A DNA stretch of 64,000 nt from Candidatus Kaiserbacteria bacterium. Its GTDB lineage: Bacteria > Patescibacteriota > Minisyncoccia > Phycocordibacterales > UBA2100. Below are positions 7,513 to 17,699 of the stretch, one piece after another; the first letter of the stretch is position 1, and each line of letters starts with the position of its first letter. The stretch covers positions 133,869 to 197,868 of the forward strand of contig JACRFK010000004.1 of assembly GCA_016217925.1 (NCBI GenBank), written 5' to 3'. The notes under the pieces are model-generated. The model saw only the letters and a program-made list of their open reading frames with translations, had not been told where the DNA came from and searched no databases. The position numbers and the translations under genes are program-made.

Positions 7513-9686
7513 AAGACTTAAAGGGTTTGAAAACCGAGTTTCTGGAGTATATAGAAATTGAAAAAGGGCGGAGCGTGAAGACGGTCGAGAATTATGACCG
7601 CTATCTCATGCGGTTCCTCAATTTTGCAAAGGTGAAGTCCCCTGCCCAGATAACCGAGCAGATGGTGCGTGAATTCCGTATCACACTCAATCGTTCCGCA
7701 GGGGTTACAGGCACGATGAAGAAGAATACACAAAATTATCACCTCATCGCGCTGCGCGCGTTCCTCAAGTTCCTCCGCAAGCGTGATATCGAATCGCTCA
7801 ATCCCGAGCGTATCGAACTTGCCAAGGTCGGTGGACGCGATTTGGATCTCATTACCGCCGATGAGCTCAACAGGATCATGCGTGCGCCCACGGGTGACGA
7901 GCTAGGGGGTCTGCGCGACCGCGCGATCCTCGAACTTTTGTTTTCTACCGGTTTGCGCGTCTCGGAACTCTGCAATTTGAATCAGGATATTGACCTCTCT
8001 CGCGATGAGTTCTCGGTGCGCGGCAAAGGAGAAAAGGTGCGCGTGGTATTTCTCTCGGCGTCCGCGAAAAAAGCGGTGGCCGAATATTTGAAAAAGCGCG
8101 GTGATATGAGCAAGGCGTTGTTCGTCAGTTACGGCAAAGGCGGCACGAGCAAGGGAAAAGATTTACCGCGCATCACTCCGCGCTCCGTCGAGCGATTGGT
8201 AAAACAGTACGCGATAAAAGCGGGCATCACGCGCAAAGTGACGCCGCATGTCATTCGTCACTGTCTCCACGCGGAAACGCGAATAATGGGAAACCCTTCG
8301 CTCACAACGGCGAAGGAGTTGTTCGCATCCGAAAAGCAAAAGAAGGTCCTTGGATTTGATTGGAAAAACAATCGTCTCATGCGGGCCTCGATTAAGAGAC
8401 GTGAAACACATTCCACACAACGCCTGATTTCTTTATGGGCGGACGGCCGGGAAATTTGCTGCACCCCGTACCACAGCTTTTTCACCCCGAGCGTTAACGG
8501 TATTGTGCCGATACAAGCACAAGACCTGAAAGTTGGGGATTATGTAGCGGGAGTTCGCAGTGTTCAATGGTCCCAGGGAAGTAGACCCGAAAGCGAATCC
8601 ACGGACTTTTGGAGATTGCTTGGATATATTCTTGGTGATGGAACGCTTAGTGAGGCACGGCGAGGTATTATCATAAATGATAAAGAACGTCGCCACATTG
8701 ACCTATACAACGAAATTGTTTTTCGTGTGACGGGCAGGTGCGGAACCGTCACTAAATTGTCAGGCGGCAATGGGTACGCGCTCAATATCTACAATGTTGG
8801 TTTTCTGAAAAAGGTACGAGCTCTTGGAATTACACAGCGTTCAAAAGAACGGCGTGTCCCCGCGGGCCTGTTTCAGGAGTCCGAGACCGCGATCCGAGCC
8901 TTTCTTGCAGGCTATTACGATGCCGAAGGAAATAACGGCAGGATTAAGATGTTCTCCGCAAGTAAGGAACTTCTGAAAGACATACAAATGTTGCTGCTCC
9001 GGTTGTCTATCGAGAGCATACTGCTCCGCCGAGAGCGGCGAGTGAAACTTCCCCAAGGTCGGGTCATTGACCACGTCATATACATACTGCATGTGACGTA
9101 TCCACCAAGCGAGAATCGCTTTGTGGAACTCATACCAACATTCAAACAACGCATACGACCGAAAAAAGAGTGGCAGCGACTCGATATTGCATTACCTACG
9201 CAACCACTGATTCGAGGACTCTACCCCCTTTTGCTTGCCAAGAGGGGTTTCATCCATTGGCTCGGTAACCGTTATGGCATACGGTACCTGAAACGTTATA
9301 CAAGAATATGTACAACACCGCTGCTGCTCTCTGTGTTTCTTAAGGCCTGCAAAGAAAAAAGAATTCGAAATCCATTTATCAAGCAACTCGAGGTTCTCAA
9401 CCGACTCGATTCGATTCGATGGCTCCGAGTGAAGAAGCTGGAGATGGTCGGCGGTGTATCGAAAGTTTACGATTTCACGATAGAACCAACGCACAATTTC
9501 ATCACAGATGGTTTTATCTCGCACAACTCATTCGCGACTGACCTACTCGAAAATGGTGCCGATCTGCGTAGCGTGCAAGCGCTCCTCGGCCACGCCAACA
9601 TCGCAACGACCCAAGTCTACACGCACGTGACCGACAAACACCTCCGCGAAGTCCATCAGGCATTTCACGGCAAACGCCGCAAATAA
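7509..9686 (+). CDS. XerC/XerD-family tyrosine recombinase containing an in-frame intein
   Basis: N-terminal SAM-like domain; ...TPHVIRH then a 422-aa insertion then [34 protein letters not shown] (R-H box and catalytic Tyr region). Confidence 0.85.
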   Translation: MKDLKGLKTEFLEYIEIEKGRSVKTVENYDRYLMRFLNFAKVKSPAQITEQMVREFRITLNRSAGVTGTMKKNTQNYHLIALRAFLKFLRKRDIESLNPERIELAKVGGRDLDLITADELNRIMRAPTGDELGGLRDRAILELLFSTGLRVSELCNLNQDIDLSRDEFSVRGKGEKVRVVFLSASAKKAVAEYLKKRGDMSKALFVSYGKGGTSKGKDLPRITPRSVERLVKQYAIKAGITRKVTPHVIRHCLHAETRIMGNPSLTTAKELFASEKQKKVLGFDWKNNRLMRASIKRRETHSTQRLISLWADGREICCTPYHSFFTPSVNGIVPIQAQDLKVGDYVAGVRSVQWSQGSRPESESTDFWRLLGYILGDGTLSEARRGIIINDKERRHIDLYNEIVFRVTGRCGTVTKLSGGNGYALNIYNVGFLKKVRALGITQRSKERRVPAGLFQESETAIRAFLAGYYDAEGNNGRIKMFSASKELLKDIQMLLLRLSIESILLRRERRVKLPQGRVIDHVIYILHVTYPPSENRFVELIPTFKQRIRPKKEWQRLDIALPTQPLIRGLYPLLLAKRGFIHWLGNRYGIRYLKRYTRICTTPLLLSVFLKACKEKRIRNPFIKQLEVLNRLDSIRWLRVKKLEMVGGVSKVYDFTIEPTHNFITDGFISHNSFATDLLENGADLRSVQALLGHANIATTQVYTHVTDKHLREVHQAFHGKRRK
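8262..9527 (+). mobile_element. intein with LAGLIDADG homing-endonuclease domain inside the xer gene
   Basis: starts with Cys right after HVIRH; ends with His-Asn before Ser+1 (SFAT); block B TPYH; LAGLIDADG motifs [11 protein letters not shown] and [11 protein letters not shown]; C-terminal blocks [12 protein letters not shown]...ISHN. Confidence 0.8.
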
Positions 9687-9689
9687 CCT

Positions 9690-10427
9690 ATGAACGAGAA
9701 AATCGAAAATAATGAGACGAACACTATTCGCGGACCCGAACCGCTGCACGAGCAGAATATTTCCGTCATCGGCATGGGGCGTTTGGGCACCAAGCTCGTA
9801 GAGCGCTTGCAGGAAATAACGCCCCAGAACACGCATATCCGGCCGGTCGGAAATCGCGAGGAGAATAAACTCGCCGCATCGGTCTCCGACCTCGTTATTC
9901 TCACGGTGCGGCACGAACAAGTATCGGACACACTATCGGATATCGGACTGAAGCTCAGTATAGACGCGCAAGTACTTTCGTTTGCGACGCATGTTCCCGT
10001 AACGCTCCTCGAGCGCATCGGTGGCAAACCCTCCGCACGTTTTCTGTGCGATCCGTGGTTCCAAATGGGCGCGTACGTGCTCGGCGAGGGCTTTTCCACG
10101 AAGGGAATCGAGTTTATCTTCGATAATTTGACGGCAGTGAAGCCGGTACGCCTGCGCTCTGACGAGGAGCTGGAACAATACACGCACGAAATCTGCCATC
10201 TCTATGCGACGCTCTTTCTCAAAGCGCTCGGCGAGTTTCCGAACGCTGACGCACACCTGCAATTCCTCGCCGGCAAAATGAACGTGCGAGTTGAAGATCT
10301 ATTGAGTATTAATACAGGAGAGACTCCGCAGCAGGCGATAGCGCTTTTTGCCACACCAGGTGGCGTGACCGAGGCGATGATGAAGAAGTTACGCGAGAAT
10401 CCGGACATCGCACCTTCGGAGCTCTAA
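9690..10427 (+). CDS. pyrroline-5-carboxylate reductase-like NAD(P)-binding protein
   Basis: Rossmann ISVIGMGRLG at the N-terminus; C-terminal TPGGVTEAMMKKL resembles the ProC SPGGTT motif. Confidence 0.45.
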   Translation: MNEKIENNETNTIRGPEPLHEQNISVIGMGRLGTKLVERLQEITPQNTHIRPVGNREENKLAASVSDLVILTVRHEQVSDTLSDIGLKLSIDAQVLSFATHVPVTLLERIGGKPSARFLCDPWFQMGAYVLGEGFSTKGIEFIFDNLTAVKPVRLRSDEELEQYTHEICHLYATLFLKALGEFPNADAHLQFLAGKMNVRVEDLLSINTGETPQQAIALFATPGGVTEAMMKKLRENPDIAPSEL

Positions 10428-10436
10428 TTACCGAGA

Positions 10437-10465
10437 TTGACAAACGGCGCGGAATGATTTATAAT
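10437..10465 (+). promoter_or_regulatory. consensus sigma70-like promoter TTGACA-17bp-TATAAT
   Basis: perfect hexamers with a 17-bp spacer; a TTGTGCAAC motif lies 16 nt downstream (10481-10489). Confidence 0.55.
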
Positions 10466-10514
10466 TACGAACTGTTCTCATTGTGCAACCCGTGTTAAGG
10501 CACGAGAAAGGTCG

Positions 10515-11342
10515 TTGAAAATGTTCAAACGTCTAGTCGCGATGCTGCTCGCGGTTTCCCTGTGTATGCCCCATGTGGCGTTCGCAGACCCGCTTGGCGG
10601 TATGAGCGCTTCGTATAAGGCGCTCTTCAGCAAGTACATCACTCCCGACTTCGTCCGCGGTGTCTACATCGACAAGTCACTGTCGGTCGACAGTTGGTGC
10701 ATGCGCGACCAGTGGGTCAACCCACAAACCGGCAAGCGCTGTCGGGACGGGACCGAAAGGCCGCTCTACAAGTTCGTGATTCCGCAAATCGTCTACCAAT
10801 CACAAGGCGGCACGAACTCTACGGCGGCTGCGGTGCGGAATCGCCGCTCTGCGTCGCCTCTCGGCGCCGGTCAAGAAATCGGCGTCGAAGAGCTTGAGCC
10901 GAGCTACTATCCGGCCGAGTTCTACCTGCGCGGTCCGCCTCGTGAGAAGAACGCCTACGGAGTGTTTCCGTGGACGTCATTCATCGAGCGGGTCGTCGTG
11001 GAGGCGGGCTCGTTCGTCCCCAACAAGGCGCCGGCGCTCGTTGCATTCGATGTCGCGGGTCGTGCGTATGATTCCGACATCAAACGAGCGTTGCCAGCAC
11101 ATCACGAGTTCGGTGAGAGCGAAGTATGCTGGGTCATAGCCCAGCTTTCGAGCGCACAGCGCAACGGTGAGACCGGTGCACTCGTCGCTAATGGCCACGC
11201 GAACGTGTTCTACACCGCCTCCCATGCCGTACTTCTGATTTGGTGCGGCGCGAAGATCGGGTGGGGCATCGGAGCGTGGCAAAGCGGGAATAACCGGTGG
11301 GAAACCGGTGACCGGGTCTTCATTCCGAAACCGGCGACCTGA
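10515..11342 (+). CDS. secreted hypothetical protein with signal peptide
   Basis: 275 aa; N-terminal MKMFKRLVAMLLAVSLCMPHVAFA signal peptide; no domain recognised. Confidence 0.55.
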   Translation: MKMFKRLVAMLLAVSLCMPHVAFADPLGGMSASYKALFSKYITPDFVRGVYIDKSLSVDSWCMRDQWVNPQTGKRCRDGTERPLYKFVIPQIVYQSQGGTNSTAAAVRNRRSASPLGAGQEIGVEELEPSYYPAEFYLRGPPREKNAYGVFPWTSFIERVVVEAGSFVPNKAPALVAFDVAGRAYDSDIKRALPAHHEFGESEVCWVIAQLSSAQRNGETGALVANGHANVFYTASHAVLLIWCGAKIGWGIGAWQSGNNRWETGDRVFIPKPAT

Positions 11343-11380
11343 TCGCGTCGTTTTGAGAACGCGACGCGACACCAAACTGA

Positions 11381-11416
11381 GAAACGGCGGGCCTTGTGTC
11401 CGCCGTTTTGTTTTTC
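11381..11416. terminator. bidirectional rho-independent terminator
   Basis: AAACGGCGGGCCttgtgtCCGCCGTTTTGTTTTT. Confidence 0.7.
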
Positions 11417-11421
11417 CTCCG

Positions 11422-12141
11422 CTAGCTTTGTCCGAGAAAGACACGATGCAGCGCCTCGCTGTCTATCGAATCGGGCGAGCCTTCAAGCACCACAGAACCC
11501 CGCGAGAGTACAAACACGCGTGTCGCTATTGCAAGCACCGATTTTATAGAATGTTCGACCACGACGACGGCGATGCAGCGCTCGCGATGAATTTCGGCTA
11601 TTTTTTCGAACACTTCTTTCACGACCTTCGGTGCAAGTCCGAGGGAAGGCTCGTCGAGGAGCAGTATCTTTGGGTCTGCAACAAGGCCGCGTGCGATGGT
11701 CAGCATTTGCTGCTGCCCGCCCGAAAGGAGCCCCGCTTTGTGCGAGAGTTTCTCTCGAAGCGATGGAAAGAGATGAAGCACTGATTCGATATTTGCTTTT
11801 GTAGCGGAACGGTTGTTGAGGGTGTAGCCGCCGAGCTCCAGATTCTCCAGCACGGTGAGGCTCTTGAACACCTGCCTGCCCTGCGGCACGTATGCGATTC
11901 CGCGCGCGACCATTTCATGGGTCTTCGGTTTTATCGCAACACCGTGCCAACGAACCTGCCCGCGTGAAAGTGGTGCAAGGCCAATGAGCGCTTTGAGCAC
12001 GGTCGATTTGCCCGCGCCATTTGGGCCCATGAGCGCGATGAGCTCATGTTCATCGACCTTAAGCGTCACATTGTCAATCGCCCGTACACCACCATAGTGG
12101 ACCGATGCGTTCTCGAGCGAAAGTAGTGTTTCCTTTGCCAT
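11422..12141 (-). CDS. livF: branched-chain amino-acid ABC transporter ATP-binding protein
   Basis: Walker A GPNGAGKST, LSGGQQQML signature, LLLDEPSLGLAP. Confidence 0.85.
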   Translation of the reverse strand: MAKETLLSLENASVHYGGVRAIDNVTLKVDEHELIALMGPNGAGKSTVLKALIGLAPLSRGQVRWHGVAIKPKTHEMVARGIAYVPQGRQVFKSLTVLENLELGGYTLNNRSATKANIESVLHLFPSLREKLSHKAGLLSGGQQQMLTIARGLVADPKILLLDEPSLGLAPKVVKEVFEKIAEIHRERCIAVVVVEHSIKSVLAIATRVFVLSRGSVVLEGSPDSIDSEALHRVFLGQS

Positions 12142-12143
12142 AG

Positions 12144-12875
12144 TTATTTTCCGAGATATGCCTCAATGACGTGTGGCTCTTTGAGCACCTGCTCGGGAGT
12201 CCCCTCGGCGATGACCTTTCCGCTGTCGAGCACATAGCAGAAATCGGCGAGATCGCGGATAAGGTCCATATCATGCTCGACGAGCACGACCGCAGCACCG
12301 CCCGCGCGCAGTTCGCGGAGGATTTCTGCGACCACCTTGCGCATTTCGGGGAAGAGACCCGCGAACGGTTCGTCGAAAAAGTATATGCGCGAACGCATAG
12401 AGAGCGCGCGTGCTATCTCGAGGAGTTTCCGCTGCCCGTACGAAAGTTCTTCGGCGTTCGCGTGCCGTTTCTCGGAGAGCCCGACGCGTCGCAATACCGC
12501 CTCTGCGGCGTCGAGGTGAGATTGCCCTTGCCGCTCAAATAGAGCCCTCCACACCGAACGCTCCGTCAGCGCGAGGAGGATGTTGTCGAGCACGCTCATC
12601 TGACCTATGAGCCGTGTGTTTTGAAATGTGCGCGCGATGCCGAGCCCTGCCGCGTCGGTAGGCCGCACGCGCGTAAGTGTCCGCTCCCCTACGCGGATCT
12701 CGCCGCCGTCCATCGGAAGGATGCCTGTGATGGTGTTGATAAGCGTTGTTTTTCCGGAGCCGTTGGGACCGACGAGTGCGGTAATAGAGCCGTCCTTACA
12801 TGCAATGTCGACGTGATCGACCGCGTGGACTCCGAGAAAACGCTTCTCTAATTTTCGTGTGACAAGAGCGGTCAT
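12144..12875 (-). CDS. livG: branched-chain amino-acid ABC transporter ATP-binding protein
   Basis: GPNGSGKTT, LSYGQRKLLEIARAL, FFDEPFAGL. Confidence 0.85.
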   Translation of the reverse strand: MTALVTRKLEKRFLGVHAVDHVDIACKDGSITALVGPNGSGKTTLINTITGILPMDGGEIRVGERTLTRVRPTDAAGLGIARTFQNTRLIGQMSVLDNILLALTERSVWRALFERQGQSHLDAAEAVLRRVGLSEKRHANAEELSYGQRKLLEIARALSMRSRIYFFDEPFAGLFPEMRKVVAEILRELRAGGAAVVLVEHDMDLIRDLADFCYVLDSGKVIAEGTPEQVLKEPHVIEAYLGK

Positions 12876-12878
12876 ATA

Positions 12879-13745
12879 TCAAATGCGGAATTTTCCAAAA
12901 AGCCCGCGCGGCAGATAGAGCATGAAAAGAATGAGGATCAATCCATAGAATACCTGGCGCATGTCGCCGGCAATGCTCGCGGGGAATCCGATGAATCGCA
13001 ATGCCTCGAACGCGCCGACGAGCATACAGGTGCCGACAATCGCCCCGTACGCGGAACCCAATCCGCCGAGGATGACGATTGCGAGGATGAAAATCGAGTC
13101 GTTCACCGTGAATGCGGACGGATTGATATAGGAGAGGTAGGTCGCGTAGAGCGATCCGGAGAATGCGACGAGCGCAGCGGAGATTACGAAGATGACGATC
13201 TTATACACCTCGGTTTTGTAGCCGAGGACGGCGATGGCCTCTTCGTCTTCACGCACCGCATGCAGGACGCGTCCGAAGTTCGATTTCATGATGGCATAAT
13301 GCGCGGCGAAAACGGCGAGGAGAACGACGGCGCAGAGAATAAGAAAGGCCGTGTTATCCGCAAACGATATGCCGAGTACCTCGGGTCGGGTAATGCCGGG
13401 GATGCCAAGCGGTCCGCGGGTGAGGCTGTCCCAATTTAGGAGAATCGCCCAGACGATCATATTGAGGCCGACCGTACCGAACACGTAGTACACCTCCCGA
13501 AGAGACAGGAATATCGCGCCGATGATGAGCGCGATCGCGCCCGCAATGAGCGCGGAGAAGAGTGCCGCCGCGAGAAATGGGATGCCCGCGTGGAGCATGA
13601 GGAGTGTCATGCCGTAAGCGCCGATGCCGGCAAAAGCGGCTTGGGCGACGGAGACGAGGCCCGTTTCGCCGATAAGGAGGTTGAGCGAGACGGCCGCGAT
13701 GCCGGTAATCGCAATCATGGTGAGAATGTGTACCGCGTAGTCCAT
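12879..13745 (-). CDS. livM: branched-chain amino-acid ABC transporter permease
   Basis: polytopic membrane protein; start set to the ATG at 13745, 1 nt after the livH stop (the track ORF extends further). Confidence 0.75.
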   Translation of the reverse strand: MDYAVHILTMIAITGIAAVSLNLLIGETGLVSVAQAAFAGIGAYGMTLLMLHAGIPFLAAALFSALIAGAIALIIGAIFLSLREVYYVFGTVGLNMIVWAILLNWDSLTRGPLGIPGITRPEVLGISFADNTAFLILCAVVLLAVFAAHYAIMKSNFGRVLHAVREDEEAIAVLGYKTEVYKIVIFVISAALVAFSGSLYATYLSYINPSAFTVNDSIFILAIVILGGLGSAYGAIVGTCMLVGAFEALRFIGFPASIAGDMRQVFYGLILILFMLYLPRGLFGKFRI

Positions 13746-13746
13746 A

Positions 13747-14658
13747 CTACTTGGGCAAGATTCCCTGCGGGCGGTAGAGCAAGAAGAGGATGAGGACAGC
13801 GAACGCAAAGGCGAATTTCCATTCGCCACCGAATTGCCACGCGCCGATATTTTCTACGAGCGCGAGAAGAAATCCGCCGAGCACCGACCCGTACATGTTG
13901 CCGATGCCGCCCACGACGGCGGCGATTACCGCCTCGAGGAGGATTGTCATTCCGAGCGGTTGCAGACCCATATCGAAGCCGACTGCAATGCCTGCAATGC
14001 CTCCTACGGCGGCACCGATGAAATAGACGGCGCCGATTACGCGCTCGCTGTCGATCCCGACGGTCTGCGCCACTTCTTCATCGTCGGCAATCGCGCGCAC
14101 CGCTCTGCCGAACTTCGTATAGCGCCATACGACGACAAGGATCCCCATCACGGCGAAAGCCGCCGTAAGTATGAGAAGCTGCGTCGCTGTGATGACGCCG
14201 CTTTCGATGCTGAACAAGCGCTGTGAAGCGATATCCCGCGAGAGCGACTGGAACTGGCTCGAGAAGAAAATCGCGAGCGCCGCTTGCCCGAGCGTGAAGA
14301 CACCGAGCGATGCGATGAGGAGGACCGTGTTCGATGCGCGCCGCGCGCGCAATGCGCGATACACGATTTTTTCCGTCAGAAAACCGGTGAGGCCCGCAAT
14401 GAGGACGCCGAGCAACAGTGACAGCTCAAGATTGATCCCGACCCATTTGTACAAACAGAGCACTGCATATCCGCCGACGAGCGCGTATGCACCGTAACCG
14501 AGATCGAAAAAGCGCGTGGTACTGTAGAGTACGTTGAATCCGAGCGCCGCAAGACTGTAGATTCCACCCGCGATCACAATGTTGAGGACAATTTGCGGCA
14601 CTGCGTCCATAGGGTCTTCGGCAAAAGCCACGAGAGGTATTCGGGGCTTTTGCCGCAA
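13747..14658 (-). CDS. livH: branched-chain amino-acid ABC transporter permease
   Basis: polytopic membrane protein with LivH-like signature; alternative start at 14610. Confidence 0.75.
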   Translation of the reverse strand: MRQKPRIPLVAFAEDPMDAVPQIVLNIVIAGGIYSLAALGFNVLYSTTRFFDLGYGAYALVGGYAVLCLYKWVGINLELSLLLGVLIAGLTGFLTEKIVYRALRARRASNTVLLIASLGVFTLGQAALAIFFSSQFQSLSRDIASQRLFSIESGVITATQLLILTAAFAVMGILVVVWRYTKFGRAVRAIADDEEVAQTVGIDSERVIGAVYFIGAAVGGIAGIAVGFDMGLQPLGMTILLEAVIAAVVGGIGNMYGSVLGGFLLALVENIGAWQFGGEWKFAFAFAVLILFLLYRPQGILPK

Positions 14659-14664
14659 TTCTCG

Positions 14665-15786
14665 CTACTGCACGACCGTAGCCGTGCCGTTTGCCATGCG
14701 CTTCACAACGTAGTCCGCCACGGTGAGGTCGCCGTTTTGGTCGAACTCGATGTGCCCTGAAACGCCATCATATTTCGTAGCGCGGATCGTGTCGGCGAGT
14801 TTGTCCGGATCGGTTCCGGCACTCTTCATTGCGTTCGCGAGGATGTACACCGCGTCATACGCCTGCGGAGCGCCAACCGGCACATCCGGGCTCTTCGTCT
14901 TCTGCTGGAGCTTTTGCTTGAATGCGTCGGTCGTCCCCGTTTTCCCCGTAGTGTAGAGGATGTCGAGGCCGAGATTTTTCGCATCTTTCGCGAGCTGCGG
15001 GTCGTCCCACCCGTCGGCCCCGAGGATTTTCGCCTTGATGCCTAGCTCGCTCGCTTGCTTCATGAGCGCGGTGTCGCCCTGCGGATACATGGGCGTGTAG
15101 ATGTAATCGGGGTTCGCAGCCTTCGCTTTCGTGAGGTCCGTGCGGTAATCGGTCGCGGTCTGCGGTTCTCCGCTCTCCGAGACTATCTCTCCGCCGAGCT
15201 CCTTGAAGCGCGTCTCGAAGACGTTCTTAATGCCGGTGCCCCAGTCGCTTATATGGTAGATGACAGCGACCTTGCGCGCGCCGAGGGTGTTGTACGCGTA
15301 TTCCGCAGCGAATTTGCCTTGGAACGCATCAGACGGGTAATCGCGGAAGAAGTATTTGCCGGTCTGGCTAAGATTCGGCGCAGATGATGCAGGTGAGATG
15401 ACAACGACTTTCTTCTGCATTGCCGCCGGCGCGAATGTCGCCGTTTCGGTCGAACACAATCCGCCGATAATCGCGATTACGTTGTCGGCATTCATAAGCT
15501 TGTTCGCCGCGTTCGATGCCGCCGTCGATGCGCACTGCCCGTCTTCATATATCATTTCGAGTTGGCGACCGTTCACGCCGCCTGCCGCGTTGATCTCCGC
15601 GACGGCAATCTCTACTGCCGCTCGGTCGATCGTACCAATCGACGCGGCGTCTCCGGTAAGCGGAAGCACCGAGCCGATCTTGATGGGCCCTGTCCCGCTC
15701 TGGGCGGAATTGCCTGAGAAGCCAATCGCCCACCAGCCGAGACCCACGATGATAATGACTATCAGTGCCCAGATCCACTTGTTCAT
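14665..15786 (-). CDS. periplasmic amino-acid-binding protein of the Liv ABC system
   Basis: signal anchor then IKIGSVLPLTGDAASIG...AAVEIAVAEINAAGGVNGRQLEM typical of LivJ/LivK-type binding proteins. Confidence 0.8.
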   Translation of the reverse strand: MNKWIWALIVIIIVGLGWWAIGFSGNSAQSGTGPIKIGSVLPLTGDAASIGTIDRAAVEIAVAEINAAGGVNGRQLEMIYEDGQCASTAASNAANKLMNADNVIAIIGGLCSTETATFAPAAMQKKVVVISPASSAPNLSQTGKYFFRDYPSDAFQGKFAAEYAYNTLGARKVAVIYHISDWGTGIKNVFETRFKELGGEIVSESGEPQTATDYRTDLTKAKAANPDYIYTPMYPQGDTALMKQASELGIKAKILGADGWDDPQLAKDAKNLGLDILYTTGKTGTTDAFKQKLQQKTKSPDVPVGAPQAYDAVYILANAMKSAGTDPDKLADTIRATKYDGVSGHIEFDQNGDLTVADYVVKRMANGTATVVQ

Positions 15787-15852
15787 AGTTAGATTGCTAC
15801 GTTAGGTATAACGCGCGCATCATGGCTTCTTTTTTAGAAAGTTGTCAATCGG

Positions 15853-16647
15853 TCATTTCTTTTCGTGTCCGATTTCGCCGACAGTGGAACTATGATCGCG
15901 CATGAAATCGAACATCATGCGCAGCGTATGTGCTATCGTCGCGTCTTCGATAAGTACTGCGATCGGTCTCTCTTGTGCAAAAGAAAATATTGCTACCGTT
16001 TCTCCGTATATCGCGAATTCAGTGTCCATCGCGTAGCGCGCAGGAATGAACGAGGCTGTACGGCGGAATTTCTTGTCGTGTTTCGCCGCTTCGCGCGCCA
16101 CAGCCGAGTCAGGCGTTACATAGGCAACGTCTATACCGAGCCTTGTGCGTTTGCGCATGTAGTGTTCGATAAATCCCGGACGCAATTTCGTAAACACAGA
16201 TTCGAAGCCAGTGATCTCATATATCCGCTTCTGCGGATTGTTCTCCAGGGTGTCCTCAAAGGCCTTCTCTACGCCCTCAGGTCCTTCAAAGTAGCGTATC
16301 TTGGGAAGTGCGCGTCCCCTCTCCCGCAAGAGTCGCAGCTGTGGCAGCGTATCCGCCACCTCGTCTTTTGCGTCGAGGAGCTCTTTGCCGCGCCGCTCGA
16401 TATAAGAAGGAAGCAGGCCCGGATCGATTGACCGGAACATCGCTACTCCCTGGCGCCGTTCTTCAAAAGCGAGCCCCTTCCGCTTCAGCTCTTCAAGAAT
16501 CCCGTACGTCGTGGTGCGGTTCAGTCGCGCCTCCCGGGCGATCGCCGAAGCGTAGAGCGGGCCACTCGGAAGAAGCGCAAGCATCACACGCGATTCTTTC
16601 TCGGAGAGACCGATGCTCGTGAGGGCTTTTCTGATGGCAGGGGGCAC
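15853..16647 (-). CDS. TrmB-family transcriptional regulator (paralog 2)
   Basis: LTSIGLSEKESRVMLALL N-terminal HTH. Confidence 0.7.
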   Translation of the reverse strand: MPPAIRKALTSIGLSEKESRVMLALLPSGPLYASAIAREARLNRTTTYGILEELKRKGLAFEERRQGVAMFRSIDPGLLPSYIERRGKELLDAKDEVADTLPQLRLLRERGRALPKIRYFEGPEGVEKAFEDTLENNPQKRIYEITGFESVFTKLRPGFIEHYMRKRTRLGIDVAYVTPDSAVAREAAKHDKKFRRTASFIPARYAMDTEFAIYGETVAIFSFAQERPIAVLIEDATIAHTLRMMFDFMRDHSSTVGEIGHEKK

Positions 16648-16761
16648 GACACCAGTGTAACAATTTGTCGGGAATTCTCAACAGTATTTTTGTATACGCC
16701 AATTTCATCCAATTTAGGGGGATATTTCCCGTCAATTCATTCAGACACCGTTGGCATCACA

Positions 16762-16788
16762 CACGAGCCGCCGGCGGGGCCGGCGGCT
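16762..16788. promoter_or_regulatory. perfect palindrome GAGCCGCCGGC-GGGG-CCGGCGGCTCG upstream of xth
   Basis: 11-bp arms with a 4-nt loop and no flanking T-run, so more likely an operator than a terminator. Confidence 0.25.
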
Positions 16789-16844
16789 CGTGCTCTCAGA
16801 GGGCCTGATATTCCCGTGAAGCGGCTTGTGGTATCGTTCTTCGT

Positions 16845-17642
16845 ATGAAACTGATCTCATGGAATGTAAACGGTATCCGGAGCGTCCATCGCAAAGGTGT
16901 GCTCGCGCCATTTCTCGACAAGGTGAAACCGGATATTGTGTGCCTGCAAGAGACCAAAGCAGAGGAGCATCAGTCCGAGGTGGACTTGCCAGAATATGAA
17001 GAATATTGGAATTCTTCAAAAGGGCGCAAAGGCTATGCCGGCACGGCCATCTTCTCAAAAACCAAGCCGTTGAGCCTTATTTTCGGATTTCCGGAGGATA
17101 TTCTCAAGAGATACAAGCTGAAGGACGGCTACGGCGACCCGAATGAGGAGGGGCGGGTGGTCACGGCTGAATACGAGGATTTTTATGTTGTGAATGTGTA
17201 CACCCCTAATTCGAAGCCCGATTTGAGCAGGCTTGCGCTGCGCCATAAACACTGGGACCCGGCATTTCTCGCCTTCTGCAAGCAATTGGAGAAGAAAAAG
17301 CCTGTTATCTTCTGCGGCGACTTGAATGTAGCGCATACGCCGGACGATTTGGCCAATCCCAAAGCAAACGAGGGCGAACATGGTTTTACAAAGGAGGAGC
17401 GGGAGGGGATCGATACGATCATCAAGGTCGGATTCGTCGATACGTTTAGGATGTTCACGAAAGGCAACGGGAACTACAGCTGGTGGGCCCACTTCGCCAA
17501 TGCACGAGAGCGCAACGTGGGCTGGAGGATAGATTATTTCTTTGTGAGCAAGGCCTTAGCGCCCAAAGTGCGCTCGGCGAAGATTCACGCCGACGTTATG
17601 GGTTCAGACCACTGCCCCATCTCGATAGAGCTAGATATATAG
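16845..17642 (+). CDS. xth: exodeoxyribonuclease III (AP endonuclease)
   Basis: MKLISWNVNGIR...CLQETK...GDLNVAH...IDY...SDHCPI matches ExoIII along its full length. Confidence 0.9.
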   Translation: MKLISWNVNGIRSVHRKGVLAPFLDKVKPDIVCLQETKAEEHQSEVDLPEYEEYWNSSKGRKGYAGTAIFSKTKPLSLIFGFPEDILKRYKLKDGYGDPNEEGRVVTAEYEDFYVVNVYTPNSKPDLSRLALRHKHWDPAFLAFCKQLEKKKPVIFCGDLNVAHTPDDLANPKANEGEHGFTKEEREGIDTIIKVGFVDTFRMFTKGNGNYSWWAHFANARERNVGWRIDYFFVSKALAPKVRSAKIHADVMGSDHCPISIELDI

Positions 17643-17644
17643 CG

Positions 17645-17699
17645 CCGACGTAAAGTCGGCGTCCCGACCGAAGCGTCGGGACCATATTTTAAGCCATAT
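17645..17699 (+). terminator. tandem hairpins and T-run after xth
   Basis: GCCGACgtaaagTCGGCG and TCCCGACcgaagcgTCGGGA followed by ccatatttt. Confidence 0.5.
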
